The notes below the pieces were generated by a model. That model saw nothing but the letters and a program-made list of their open reading frames with translations. It had not been told where the DNA came from and ran no database searches. Position numbers and translations under genes: made by a program. From the NCBI GenBank assembly GCA_003222895.1, contig QHXI01000052.1:118109-182108 (forward strand): DNA of 64,000 nt, written 5' to 3'. The stretch comes from Acidobacteriota bacterium (lineage in GTDB: Bacteria; Acidobacteriota; Blastocatellia; Pyrinomonadales; Pyrinomonadaceae). Position 1 is the stretch's first letter, and every line of letters begins with the position of its first letter. Shown here one piece after another: positions 1 through 10,075 of the stretch.

Positions 1-1
1 C

Positions 2-1300
2 GTGATCGGCCACGTGGGCGACGACCGCCGTATGCGCGTGACGCACAATGGTGAAGTTGTTTGCGATGTGCCAGTGAAGGCCTTAACAGATGAAGCGCCG
101 GTATATCAGCGGCCGATGAGAGCGGCCGTTGGGGGTCAGGGGTTTGGGGTCAGGGATCACAGAGTGACACCGATCACGCCTGCGAATGTTGTCGCCGCCG
201 ACGCGGATCCGACGTTAAATAGCGAGCCGACGGCGAGTGTTGGCGGCGGCACGGATATCATCAGCCCCGCGCCTCCGACTGCTCCCATTTTTGAAGAAAC
301 GGCAAACTACAACCATGCGCTGATGCGTCTGCTCGCGTCTCCCAATCTTGCTTCGAAAGAATGGGTCTATCGCCAATACGATCACATGGTGCGCACGAAC
401 ACCGCTGTCCTGCCCGGCGCAGACGCTGCGGTCGTGCGAATCAAGGAGACGCGGCGAGCTTTGGCGATCGCGCTCGACGGAAACGGCCGCTACTGCGCGG
501 CGAATCCGCGTGAAGGCGCGAAGCTCGTCGTCGCCGAAGCCGCGCGCAACGTCGTGTGCGTCGGCGCCAAACCAATCGCTATTACGAACTGTTTGAACTT
601 CGCTTCGCCCGAGCGGCCGGAAGTTATGTGGTCATTCTCGGAAGTAATCGACGGCATCGCCGAGGCTTGCAAAGCATTCAACACGCCAGTCGTTTCGGGA
701 AACGTTTCGTTCTACAACGAGACCGAAGGTCATGGCGTGTTACCGACACCAGTCATCGGCATGGTTGGATTGGTCGACGACGTGAAGCGCGTGATCCAAC
801 CCGGCTTCAAAAATCCCGGCGACTTCATCGCACTGTTGGGCGCAACGAAAGATGAGCTCGATCTTGATGCAGAACTCGCAGTGCAAACAGCCTGTTTGCG
901 CGCCGCGGAAAACGGCTTGCTGCGATCAGCTCACGATTGTTCGGATGGTGGTTTGGCGGTGGCGCTGGCTGAATGTTGTTTCTCGTCGAACAATCGACAG
1001 GGCGTAGGCGCCGACATCGACATCACCGGCGAATACGATCTGGCGACGCGACTCTTTAGCGAATCGCCGTCTCGCATCATCATCAGCTTCGACCAGGCTT
1101 TGTTGGGTGACTTCGAAGAGATCGCCGCCGCGGCAGCTTGTCCGATGACTCTGCTCGGCAGCGTCGGTTCAGATCGTCTGCGAATTGAGAGCGATGGCGA
1201 AGAAGTTATCCAGCTCGATGTCGCTGAAATGGAAAACGCCTGGCGGTCTTCACTGAAAGACAAACTTCAGGCCGAAGCTATGGCGGCCGGAGCTGAGTAG
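2..1300 (+). CDS. purL: Phosphoribosylformylglycinamidine synthase subunit PurL, C-terminal ~430 aa (5' end outside window)
   Basis: ORF is open at the window start. Motifs typical of FGAM synthase II: LASPNLASKEWVYRQYDHMVRTNT, AITNCLNFASPERPEVMW, SGNVSFYNET, AHDCSDGGLAVALAECC. Confidence 0.85.
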   Translation: MIGHVGDDRRMRVTHNGEVVCDVPVKALTDEAPVYQRPMRAAVGGQGFGVRDHRVTPITPANVVAADADPTLNSEPTASVGGGTDIISPAPPTAPIFEETANYNHALMRLLASPNLASKEWVYRQYDHMVRTNTAVLPGADAAVVRIKETRRALAIALDGNGRYCAANPREGAKLVVAEAARNVVCVGAKPIAITNCLNFASPERPEVMWSFSEVIDGIAEACKAFNTPVVSGNVSFYNETEGHGVLPTPVIGMVGLVDDVKRVIQPGFKNPGDFIALLGATKDELDLDAELAVQTACLRAAENGLLRSAHDCSDGGLAVALAECCFSSNNRQGVGADIDITGEYDLATRLFSESPSRIIISFDQALLGDFEEIAAAAACPMTLLGSVGSDRLRIESDGEEVIQLDVAEMENAWRSSLKDKLQAEAMAAGAE

Positions 1301-1319
1301 TGTGCGCGTTGCAAAAATC

Positions 1320-2045
1320 TCATCGATTCGCGGCGTTCACGGTGAAGGGAATAATTCGCCAAGCGAAGTCAGTTTGCACATCAGTGCCATAGGTACGTTG
1401 GACAAAAAACGGTTCGTCTCGCATCATCTTCGACCCGTTTAATTCGACGATCCAAAATGAATTCCTATTGTTTGTCACGATCGCGTCGAGGATCTCTCTT
1501 ACCGTTACGTTTTCACGCTCAAATGAGATGTCGCGGATATTGAAACCGTCACCTCTGTCCGGCTGTCCATACCCTCCGTTTAATCCGCTCGCATAATTTT
1601 CTGGATGGAGAGCTCGGTGTATATTGACCCGTAGTTGCCACTCAGCGCCAAATACATTTGCATTTCTAACTCTGTAATCTGCCAGTCTGAATGTCAGAAA
1701 ATTGCGTCGATCACCCGCGAAATTCTCCTTCCTAATGCTGACTACACCCTTGCTAATGTTCTTTGAATATCCAGGCGCTTGGCTTAGGACAAGATTAATC
1801 ATGTCTTCGACTGTCGGCTGAGGTGTGAGCAGAATCGCTCGACTCGGTCGAGTGTCGTAAGCCCACTCAATTCCCATGGCGATCTTGTAATGCGCAGCTA
1901 TCTCGATTAACGCATCTTTTGCCAATCTTGCTTCCGGAACAAAATCCGCCTTCTGTCCAAGTTTCGATCGCAAGTCCTGAGCAATTCCGTTAGGCGCAAG
2001 AGCAAGCGAGAATGCTGCAATGATTAGTATTCTTCGCAACAACAT
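1320..2045 (-). CDS. Hypothetical secreted protein (241 aa)
   Basis: Long ORF with a signal-peptide-like N-terminus (MLLRRILIIAAFSLALAPNGIAQ). It lies 13 nt downstream of the 858-aa secreted-protein gene on the same strand. No family recognised. Confidence 0.5.
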   Translation of the reverse strand: MLLRRILIIAAFSLALAPNGIAQDLRSKLGQKADFVPEARLAKDALIEIAAHYKIAMGIEWAYDTRPSRAILLTPQPTVEDMINLVLSQAPGYSKNISKGVVSIRKENFAGDRRNFLTFRLADYRVRNANVFGAEWQLRVNIHRALHPENYASGLNGGYGQPDRGDGFNIRDISFERENVTVREILDAIVTNNRNSFWIVELNGSKMMRDEPFFVQRTYGTDVQTDFAWRIIPFTVNAANR

Positions 2046-2058
2046 CGATCCTTCCCGT

Positions 2059-4635
2059 CTAATGTCCGGCTACGGTAATGGTTGCACAACTCATTGAGTA
2101 CGCCAAGTCGATCTGAAATCCATTTGCAAAGTATTTCTGCGTCCCACTTAGAGAGCAACTACCACCATTATTACAAGCAGTGCTGCAATTGTTGTAGTGA
2201 TGCGGCCATTTGCCTGTTCCGTCAGTACTGAATCCTGGAGCTGTACCTTCGCCAGCCTCCGGGACAAAACACGAGTTCGGCGTAACATTGGTTAAAGTAT
2301 CATAGGTGGGAATTGCAAAAGGGATACGATTATGGTTCTTATCGGCAAGTTGCCAGGTTATATCTTTGAAGGGTCCTGATCTGCCGGATGCGCAATCGTT
2401 AGCAGCGCCCGAACCATCAATACTTACAAAATCCATAAAAGTCGGCTTCTGAACGGTTAACGGCACCTGCTCCGAGGCCTGCCGACCCTGATACGTGTAC
2501 GTCAAATTTATTGTCACATCCCTAGTGCTTTGGCTTTCTGTTACGCCCGTCACCGTGACAGTTGCGGAATTACTATTTGAAAGAGTGACTTTATTACTTG
2601 ACGTTGACCAAGAATACGTGCCCCCGGACGGAATGCCAATTCCGGTTATGGTTGTTGTATTTACAAAGCTGGGTGATCCTTGCGGCGGCGTTCCGGAAGC
2701 AATTGGTACTGCTGCATCCATGCCGTTAATAGAGTGGGCCGTCTGCCATCGCACTCGCACTACCTGCATCTGCCCGCCACCTTGCAGTAAGACTGTTCCA
2801 AGCCACACACACTCCAGTCCGTCCCAGTCGTATCGGTCGAAGTATCCGACAAATGCACTAAGGTTGGCTTGTCCCTCATCAACGGCTGTGATTGACGTTT
2901 CGCTTGCGGACGACGGATCGAATGACGCAATCGGTTCATCAACCGACCAAGATGCGTCAGTCGGATATGGCCCCATCGTGTATCCATAATTCCACGATGC
3001 GGTTTCCGTAACGGATCCAGTTTCTGATTGTAGAAAGCCGATGAGCCCTGGATACTGCACGTCGCATTCATAAGTAGGCCCACAATCCATTGGACAACTA
3101 TAACTAGAACTCACGTTTTGGGCCCGACTAATCATCTCCGTTCGTCCGATCAAAACGATCTTACCGTTCGATGCGCCTCTAATGGCCCACTTGAACTGGC
3201 CATGAGTAACATTCGCCGGCAGTGCATGGCTTGCTACGTCTTTCATTTGTTCATCGCGAATCTTTTCCAAATCGAAATTGGCGGTTTCGCGTGCCTGCAA
3301 CTTGCGCGGGCCAAGCGTGAATTTACCGCCGTCGTAAGCGAGTTCCGCGACGAACTCTACAGGTTCGTCAGTGATGTTGGTGACATAAGCAATTGATTTG
3401 TAGTCGCCATCGATCTTCCAGGGATACGCGCCCGTCATCGAGCGTATTGGGCCAGAGTCACGAAGTGGAACATCATAATCGCTGCCGGTGCGGTTATCCG
3501 TTGAGTAGAGTGAACCGATTACAGAGCCGGGCGCGGCCCAGTTACTTACTTCCACGCTTACTACGTCAAGATCGCGTCGAGTTTTGGCGGCACGCAATAG
3601 ATCGGAAAGATCGACTTCCTTTGTTTCGTTTGGGTCTAGCGAAACCTGAGACAGCGTTACTATCCCGGCACTTCCCGACATTGGAATAATCTTCGGCAAC
3701 ACCGCGATTGACGACTGAGTAGTGTTTTTCAAAACCATGTGGGGCGTAATCCCCGCGACGCGAAAACCGTTTGCGTAAAGGTTCGGCTGCTTTGCCTTGG
3801 TCGGATCATAGAAGCGAATAACGCTATTAAATGATCCATCCTTCGTCGTGATGATGCCCGTCGGCACGATGCTCCCCGCTGCGCCGGTTACGTCAATCTT
3901 CACAGACTCAGTCCCTTCATTACGATGCTCTTCCCTTACTAGCTCGGTCGCGTGCGGTTGCAATTGAACCGTTCGCGAATGACCATTCCCGAAACTGAGA
4001 GTAGCGCTCGTTGCCGCGTCGCTGATGTTGCCAAGCGCGACAATCGCTTCACTCTTTTCGGGCATCCACCAAGCTGCCTCGTAAACTGCTGAACGAGATT
4101 CATCCTTAACCGTGAAAAACTCATCCACGTTGGCACCACCGTTAACGCCCAGGAATCTGAACTGAGACCACATCTGTCGATTCGCGCCGTAATAGGAAAG
4201 CGCAAAGCCACCCCAATCTCTTTCGTGGCGATAGCGCGCTGGCAACAAGTCTTCAATGTTCACGTAACGAATTTCTGCCGATTGAATCTTCACCGCATCG
4301 CCAATGACCGTCTCGCCATTGCGTTTGTAAAAGACGGGCGTGACATCCATCGCTTCAGGGCTCCGTGAATTGAAAACGATTTCGCCGCCACCTGCTTCCG
4401 GCAGATCGATTAACGGAATGTAAATCAATTGATCTCCCGGCGGCGAACAACGTGTGCATTTGTTGTCGCGCGTTTTGACTTGGTTCTGCCGCAAAGCAGC
4501 AGAGCGGCGTAAAATGCCGGTGGAGGTTGTCGTTGGCGTGCTGGGAATTAGTAGAACGGCAGTGGCAACTAGTGCCGTCAACACAAAGATACTTCGCTGA
4601 ATGAGTTTGCTTGAGTAACGTGCGAACCGACGCAT
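2059..4635 (-). CDS. Large hypothetical secreted/surface protein (858 aa) with an Ig-like Ser/Thr-rich segment and a Cys-rich tail
   Basis: 858-aa ORF with an N-terminal hydrophobic anchor or signal (IFVLTALVATAVLLIPS). Ig-like stretch TYSWSTSSNKVTLSNSNSATVTVTGV. The C-terminal 120 aa contain many Cys. No family recognised. Confidence 0.6.
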   Translation of the reverse strand: MRRFARYSSKLIQRSIFVLTALVATAVLLIPSTPTTTSTGILRRSAALRQNQVKTRDNKCTRCSPPGDQLIYIPLIDLPEAGGGEIVFNSRSPEAMDVTPVFYKRNGETVIGDAVKIQSAEIRYVNIEDLLPARYRHERDWGGFALSYYGANRQMWSQFRFLGVNGGANVDEFFTVKDESRSAVYEAAWWMPEKSEAIVALGNISDAATSATLSFGNGHSRTVQLQPHATELVREEHRNEGTESVKIDVTGAAGSIVPTGIITTKDGSFNSVIRFYDPTKAKQPNLYANGFRVAGITPHMVLKNTTQSSIAVLPKIIPMSGSAGIVTLSQVSLDPNETKEVDLSDLLRAAKTRRDLDVVSVEVSNWAAPGSVIGSLYSTDNRTGSDYDVPLRDSGPIRSMTGAYPWKIDGDYKSIAYVTNITDEPVEFVAELAYDGGKFTLGPRKLQARETANFDLEKIRDEQMKDVASHALPANVTHGQFKWAIRGASNGKIVLIGRTEMISRAQNVSSSYSCPMDCGPTYECDVQYPGLIGFLQSETGSVTETASWNYGYTMGPYPTDASWSVDEPIASFDPSSASETSITAVDEGQANLSAFVGYFDRYDWDGLECVWLGTVLLQGGGQMQVVRVRWQTAHSINGMDAAVPIASGTPPQGSPSFVNTTTITGIGIPSGGTYSWSTSSNKVTLSNSNSATVTVTGVTESQSTRDVTINLTYTYQGRQASEQVPLTVQKPTFMDFVSIDGSGAANDCASGRSGPFKDITWQLADKNHNRIPFAIPTYDTLTNVTPNSCFVPEAGEGTAPGFSTDGTGKWPHHYNNCSTACNNGGSCSLSGTQKYFANGFQIDLAYSMSCATITVAGH

Positions 4636-5123
4636 GGGATACCGCCTTTCGGGATTAAACGGTTGACGCCGAAGCTAACTGGCGAGTTTGCGCGGGGGTC
4701 GCAGGCCCGTGGGCTAGCCGTTGAAAAGTGGCCGCACAATATCACGACGGGCGGGGTTAAAGTCAACAATTTTATTTGACTTGCTGTGACAGTGAAAATA
4801 CTTGCGGGAATAGAATTGCCGAAACCGTCCGAGGCAAACTACGAGCGTAAAAAAAACCGAGTGAGCGGGGGAAGAGCTTCCTTGTTCAAGAACCTTTCAA
4901 GGAAAACTGATTTCATCGGTCGGAATTCGGCATCGGATAAAGCCCTCGCGGGAATGACTCCTGGGCTTGCCGAAATGCGAACAGTTTAGCTCAGCTTGTT
5001 TGCTCTCGCAATCATATTTTCGCCCCTGTCATGATCCAAATCACGCCCGTACAGTGTCAAAAGACGTACGCTCAAGCCGGTCCGTCGGCGGCTGCGTGCT
5101 GCTCTGCCATCGACAGCGGCGCG

Positions 5124-5132
5124 TGCTATAAT
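5124..5132 (+). promoter_or_regulatory. Candidate extended -10 promoter element TGCTATAAT upstream of fbaB
   Basis: Exact TGnTATAAT lies 83 nt upstream of the fbaB ATG. The same TGCTATA[AC]T core recurs upstream of other genes in the window (32023, 32984; GCTATACT at 26300). Confidence 0.35.
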
Positions 5133-5214
5133 CCAGACCTCGCTTTCAATTAAATATTACTTATGAATCACGCGCGTCACAGTTCCCGACGCAGCCATCA
5201 TTTGGAGGAACCTC

Positions 5215-6318
5215 ATGGCTACTGAAATGCAACGATCGACGGCAGCGGTGAGTCGCATCGAAGAACTTTTGGGCGACGAAGCGCGGTCGCTGCTCGATCA
5301 CAAATCGCAAACAATTCCGCAGGAGCAGCTTCATCTGCCTGGGCCCGACTTTATTGATCGAGTTGTTTCCCAGTCAGATCGTTCGCCCTCGGTGCTTCGC
5401 TCCCTGCAAGCACTGCTCGGCCACGGCCGCCTCGCGGGGACTGGTTATGTTTCAATTCTTCCCGTCGATCAGGGTATCGAGCATTCTGCCGGCGCTTCAT
5501 TCGCGCCAAACCCGCAATACTTTGATCCAGGGAACATCGTGAAGCTCGCCATCGAAGGCGGCTGCAACGGCGTCGCGTCGACCTTTGGTGTGCTGGGAAG
5601 CGTGGCGCGCAAGTACGCACACCAGATTCCTTTCATCGTCAAAATTAATCACAACGAATTGCTGACGCTGCCGAACAAATTCGATCAGGTTCTTTTCGGT
5701 ACGGTGAAGGAAGCTCACAACCTGGGCGCGATCGCGGTTGGCGCAACGATCTATTTCGGATCGGACGAATCGACGCGACAGATTACGGAAATCGCCAACG
5801 CTTTCGCGCAGGCGCACGAACTCGGCATGGCGTGCGTTCTCTGGTGCTATCTGCGCAATTCGAAATTCAAGACCCCGGAAGGCGACATGCACGCGTCGGC
5901 TGATCTTACCGGCCAGGCCAATCACCTCGGCGTGACGATCCAAGCCGACATCATCAAACAGAAATTGCCGGAACGGAACGGCGGCTACCTGGCGGTTGAG
6001 AAGGAACTCGGCAAATCGTATGGCAAGACCAGCAAGCTCGTGTACGAGAAGCTAACCACCGACAACCCGATCGACCTCGTGCGCTATCAAGTCGCCAACG
6101 GTTACATGGGCCGTATTGGGTTGATCAATTCCGGCGGCGAGTCGAAGGGCGCGAGCGATCTGGCCGAGGCCGTGCGCACCGCCGTAATCAACAAGCGCGG
6201 CGGCGGCATGGGTTTAATTTCCGGACGTAAGGCTTTTCAGCGGCCAATGAACGAAGGCGTCGAATTGCTGAATGCGATCCAGGACGTTTACTTATCGAAG
6301 GAAATTACTGTCGCCTAA
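5215..6318 (+). CDS. fbaB: Class I fructose-bisphosphate aldolase (FbaB/DhnA type)
   Basis: Collinear by eye with E. coli FbaB along the full length: [105 protein letters not shown] lies upstream. Confidence 0.9.
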   Translation: MATEMQRSTAAVSRIEELLGDEARSLLDHKSQTIPQEQLHLPGPDFIDRVVSQSDRSPSVLRSLQALLGHGRLAGTGYVSILPVDQGIEHSAGASFAPNPQYFDPGNIVKLAIEGGCNGVASTFGVLGSVARKYAHQIPFIVKINHNELLTLPNKFDQVLFGTVKEAHNLGAIAVGATIYFGSDESTRQITEIANAFAQAHELGMACVLWCYLRNSKFKTPEGDMHASADLTGQANHLGVTIQADIIKQKLPERNGGYLAVEKELGKSYGKTSKLVYEKLTTDNPIDLVRYQVANGYMGRIGLINSGGESKGASDLAEAVRTAVINKRGGGMGLISGRKAFQRPMNEGVELLNAIQDVYLSKEITVA

Positions 6319-6405
6319 TTAGATCGAAAAAGAAAACGCGCGTGCATTTGCGGCAATTAGTCGTCGCCAATATAATGCGCGCGCTTTTCAATTCTGCTGA
6401 TTTCA

Positions 6406-7266
6406 ATGCCAACGCCAATTCAATGGAGACACGGCCGCACGCGTCGTCGGCCGCGACAAGAGCCGCGGCCGCTCAGCGTAATTAAGTCAGCGCTCGGTCA
6501 AATGGCCCGCCTCGCCTTGACTGAGCCATTTATGACGGCGGTCGAGCGCCAGGAGATTTACCTGCACCGTCTGCCGAAAGCGTTGCACGGGTTTCGCGTA
6601 GTTCACCTTTCCGATTTTCATTATGGCCCGCTGGTCGATCCGCGGCATCTTGAGCGCGCAATCGAAATCGCCAACGATCTCAAACCAGATCTGATCGCGC
6701 TAACTGGTGATTACATTTCCCAAGAGCGCAGATACGCGGCGCCATGCGCAGAGTTGGTTGGTCGACTCGAAGCGAAGTATGGCGTCTTTGCGGTGCTTGG
6801 AAATCACGATCACTGGACTGATGCAAAGCTCGTCGCCGATTTATTTGGCACCGAGGACATTCGCGTGCTCATCAACGAAGGCCTGCGCGTTGACATCAAC
6901 GGCGAATCATTTTGGTTGGCGGGCGTCGACGACACGATGGTTGGATTGGAAGACCTGTCGCTGGCCCTGGCAGGTTCGCGTGACGGCGAATTCAAATTAT
7001 TATTGGCGCACAATCCGATCATTCTGCGACGCGCGGCGCGCGCCGACGTCGACCTCGTGTTGAGCGGACATACGCACGGAGGCCAAGTGACTTTGCGTCC
7101 TGAGAAGAACCGCTCTGGCAGGCCGCGACGAAGAATGTTGCGCGGTTTGGGACGAAGGGCCAACACACAGATTTACGTCACGCGGGGATTGGGCATGGTG
7201 GTGCTGCCCATACGATACGGGTGTCCGCCGGAAGTCTCGTTGCTCGAGCTGCGCTGCATTCAATAA
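6406..7266 (+). CDS. Calcineurin-like metallophosphoesterase (YaeI-like)
   Basis: Motifs HLSDFH, LTGDY, GNHDHW, LAHNP, SGHTHGGQ. Start uncertain, with an alternative ATG at 6502. Confidence 0.75.
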   Translation: MPTPIQWRHGRTRRRPRQEPRPLSVIKSALGQMARLALTEPFMTAVERQEIYLHRLPKALHGFRVVHLSDFHYGPLVDPRHLERAIEIANDLKPDLIALTGDYISQERRYAAPCAELVGRLEAKYGVFAVLGNHDHWTDAKLVADLFGTEDIRVLINEGLRVDINGESFWLAGVDDTMVGLEDLSLALAGSRDGEFKLLLAHNPIILRRAARADVDLVLSGHTHGGQVTLRPEKNRSGRPRRRMLRGLGRRANTQIYVTRGLGMVVLPIRYGCPPEVSLLELRCIQ

Positions 7267-7333
7267 TCCCGGATCGCGCGGCGTTGTCGGCGAGCGTGGA
7301 TTGTCGTAAATAATTCGCAATCGCAAACCAGAA

Positions 7334-7930
7334 ATGTCCTCTCGGATTATTACTCTGCCAAATGTGCTCACCGTTTTCCGGATGGCACTAATTCCCGTTT
7401 TCGTTTCACTGCTTTTTTATCAGCAATTTCTTCTCGCGTTGGCCGTCTTCGTGGTCGCCGGAATCACTGATGGGCTCGACGGCTTGCTGGCTCGCAGGTT
7501 TCATCAGCAGTCACCACTGGGACGTATTCTCGATCCAATCGCCGACAAGATGATGCTGGTCACCTCATTTGTCGTCTTGTCCATGCGCGGCGTCTATCCG
7601 GTTCCAATGCCCAAGCACTTGCCGATTCCTTTCTGGGTCACCATTACGGTCATCAGCCGCGATGTCTTTATCCTCGTCGGCGCCGCCGCAATAAACATGG
7701 TCACGGGGTTTCGCGCATTTCAGCCGTCGCTCCCCGGAAAGATTAGCACCGTCGTTCAGATTGCCTCCGTAGCCGTGGTTATGCTGGCCGCACAGACCCG
7801 GGTTGGCACCGGCTACTACCTTCCAAGTGTCTACGCCGCAGTGTTTGCGCTAACCCTGGTCTCAGGCATTCACTACATCTTTTTTGTCTCACGCCTGCTC
7901 ACAAAGTCCGGGGCAAATTCCTCTTCCTAA
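7334..7930 (+). CDS. pgsA: CDP-alcohol phosphatidyltransferase (PgsA-like)
   Basis: PNVLTVFRMALIPVFV, then the CDP-OH_P_transferase signature DGLDGLLARR...LDPIADK. Multiple TM helices. Confidence 0.7.
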   Translation: MSSRIITLPNVLTVFRMALIPVFVSLLFYQQFLLALAVFVVAGITDGLDGLLARRFHQQSPLGRILDPIADKMMLVTSFVVLSMRGVYPVPMPKHLPIPFWVTITVISRDVFILVGAAAINMVTGFRAFQPSLPGKISTVVQIASVAVVMLAAQTRVGTGYYLPSVYAAVFALTLVSGIHYIFFVSRLLTKSGANSSS

Positions 7931-7932
7931 GG

Positions 7933-7961
7933 TTGACAACAACGCACTCACATATTATTCT
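7933..7961 (+). promoter_or_regulatory. Candidate sigma70-type promoter of dnaK (TTGACA-17 nt-TATTCT)
   Basis: Perfect -35 TTGACA at 7933-7938, a 17-nt spacer, and TATTCT at 7956-7961. It lies about 65 nt upstream of the dnaK ATG. Confidence 0.35.
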
Positions 7962-8027
7962 AAGACCGCAATCAAGCGGCTTCGCCGCAGATTCTAATTA
8001 ACAATTTAGCGGAGCATTTAACAAATT

Positions 8028-9950
8028 ATGAGCAAAATCATCGGTATTGACTTGGGAACAACCAACTCAGTAGTTGCCGTTATGGAAGGCGGCGAGCCCG
8101 TCGTCATCACCAACGCCGAGGGCGGCCGCACCACTCCTTCTGTTGTCGCGTTCGCGAAGGACGGCAACCGTCTAGTCGGCCAGGTCGCGAAACGTCAGGC
8201 CGTCACTAACCCTGAAAATACGATCTATTCAATCAAACGATTCATGGGCCGGCGCTTTGACGAAGTGACCGAAGAAAAGAAACAAGTGCCTTACCAGGTC
8301 CAGGGCAGCGGCGCGGGCGGCGATGTTCGCATCGTGGCCGGCGGCAAGGAATGGAGCCCACCAGAAATCTCGGCCATGATTCTTCAGAAGATGAAGCAGT
8401 CGGCTGAGGATTATCTGGGTCAGAAAGTCGACAAGGCGGTCATTACGGTTCCGGCTTACTTCAACGACTCACAGCGCCAGGCGACAAAGGACGCGGGAAA
8501 GATCGCCGGTCTCGAAGTCATGCGTATCGTGAACGAGCCGACGGCGGCGGCCTTGGCTTATGGTCTCGACAAAAAGAAAGACGAAACGATCGCAGTGTTC
8601 GACTTCGGCGGAGGCACGTACGACATTTCGATCCTCGAAGTTGGCGAAGGCGTCGTTGAAGTGAAATCGACCAACGGCGACACGCACCTCGGCGGCGACG
8701 ACATCGACGAACGACTGATCGAATGGATCATCGAAGAGTTCAAGAAGGATCAGGGCATCGATCTTTCGAAAGATAAAATGGCCTTGCAACGATTAAAGGA
8801 AGCGGGCGAGAAAGCGAAGATCGAATTGTCTTCGACGATGGAGACTGAGATCAACCTGCCGTTCATCACCGCCGATCAGTCCGGACCAAAGCATCTCGTC
8901 ATGAAGTTAACGCGAGCACGATTCGAGCAGCTCGTCGATCCCATTTTGAAGCGTTTGACCCCACCGCTGGAGCAAGCGTTGAAAGACGCTGCCATCGACT
9001 CCAAGAAAATTGACGAGGTCGTGCTGGTCGGAGGTTCGACTCGCATTCCGAAGGTTCAGGAGATCGTGAAAGCCTTCTTCGGCAAAGAACCAAACAAGAG
9101 CGTGAATCCTGACGAAGTGGTCGCGATCGGCGCGGCGGTGCAAGCAGGCGTGCTGTCGGGCGAGAAGACCGACATTCTGCTTCTCGACGTGACGCCTCTG
9201 AGTCTCGGCATCGAAACGCTGGGCGGCGTGTCCACCAAGTTGATCGAGCGCAACACGACCATTCCGACGCGCAAGTCTGAAATCTTCTCGACCGCTTCGG
9301 ATAATCAAACCTCCGTCGAGGTGCATGTGATTCAGGGTGAGCGGCCGATGGCTGCGGACAATCGCACGCTCGGCAAATTCCATCTGGTGGGAATTCCGCC
9401 GGCGCCGCGCGGCATGCCGCAAATCGAAGTCGCCTTCGACATCGACGCCAACGGCATCGTGAATGTGTCAGCCAAAGACATGGGCACGGGTCGGGAGCAG
9501 AAGATCACGATTACGTCTTCATCGGGTCTCAGCAAGGAAGAGATCGACAAGATGATGCGCGATGCTGAATCTCACTCGGCCGACGACGCAACCAAGCGCG
9601 ACGAGATCGAAGCTCGCAATCGTCTCGATGGTCTGGTCTATCAGATGGAGAAGACGCTGAACGAGAATCGTGAAAAGGTCGGCGCCGTTGCTGGTGAAGT
9701 CGAAACCGCGATTGCCGATGCCAAGAAAGCGGTTGAAGAAGGCGGAGTCGAGCGCATGAATAATGCGTTCAATGCGCTGCAAAGCGTCTCGCACAAGATG
9801 GCCGAGGCGTTGTATCAGCAGACTGGTTCGACGCCGGGCGGTGAAACGACTGACCAGTCGGCAGCCGCGGGTGCTTCGTCCGGCCAGACCGGCGGCGAAG
9901 ATAATGTCATCGACGCTGAGTACGTCGATGTAGACGACGATAAGAAGTAA
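8028..9950 (+). CDS. dnaK: Molecular chaperone DnaK (Hsp70)
   Basis: Full-length Hsp70: [18 protein letters not shown]-like [26 protein letters not shown], and an acidic C-terminus. Confidence 0.97.
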   Translation: MSKIIGIDLGTTNSVVAVMEGGEPVVITNAEGGRTTPSVVAFAKDGNRLVGQVAKRQAVTNPENTIYSIKRFMGRRFDEVTEEKKQVPYQVQGSGAGGDVRIVAGGKEWSPPEISAMILQKMKQSAEDYLGQKVDKAVITVPAYFNDSQRQATKDAGKIAGLEVMRIVNEPTAAALAYGLDKKKDETIAVFDFGGGTYDISILEVGEGVVEVKSTNGDTHLGGDDIDERLIEWIIEEFKKDQGIDLSKDKMALQRLKEAGEKAKIELSSTMETEINLPFITADQSGPKHLVMKLTRARFEQLVDPILKRLTPPLEQALKDAAIDSKKIDEVVLVGGSTRIPKVQEIVKAFFGKEPNKSVNPDEVVAIGAAVQAGVLSGEKTDILLLDVTPLSLGIETLGGVSTKLIERNTTIPTRKSEIFSTASDNQTSVEVHVIQGERPMAADNRTLGKFHLVGIPPAPRGMPQIEVAFDIDANGIVNVSAKDMGTGREQKITITSSSGLSKEEIDKMMRDAESHSADDATKRDEIEARNRLDGLVYQMEKTLNENREKVGAVAGEVETAIADAKKAVEEGGVERMNNAFNALQSVSHKMAEALYQQTGSTPGGETTDQSAAAGASSGQTGGEDNVIDAEYVDVDDDKK

Positions 9951-9955
9951 GTACA

Positions 9956-10069
9956 TTTCCGATTGCCGATTTTTGATTGCCGATTGGTCGCTAACCTCGC
10001 TCGCCTGGTAATCCGTGGCGGGATTCGGGTCGGAGATCAATCGGCATTCGGCAATAGGAAATCGGCAAT
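9956..10069. repeat. Imperfect long inverted repeat of GATTGCCGAT-type units in the dnaK-dnaJ spacer
   Basis: Left arm tttccgattgccgatttttgattgccgattgg. Right arm atcaatcggcattcggcaataggaaatcggcaat is its approximate reverse complement. Confidence 0.6.
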
Positions 10070-10075
10070 GTGAGT

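Noticed and set aside
4786-4989. 67-aa ORF in the 580-bp gap before fbaB
   Set aside because: No RBS, odd composition and no motif. It is probably non-coding. No RNA gene was recognised there either.
7931-8027. CIRCE or HAIR operator upstream of dnaK
   Set aside because: GCACTC-N9 is present, but the required right half GAGTGCTAA is not. No CTTGAGT-N7-ACTCAAG is present.
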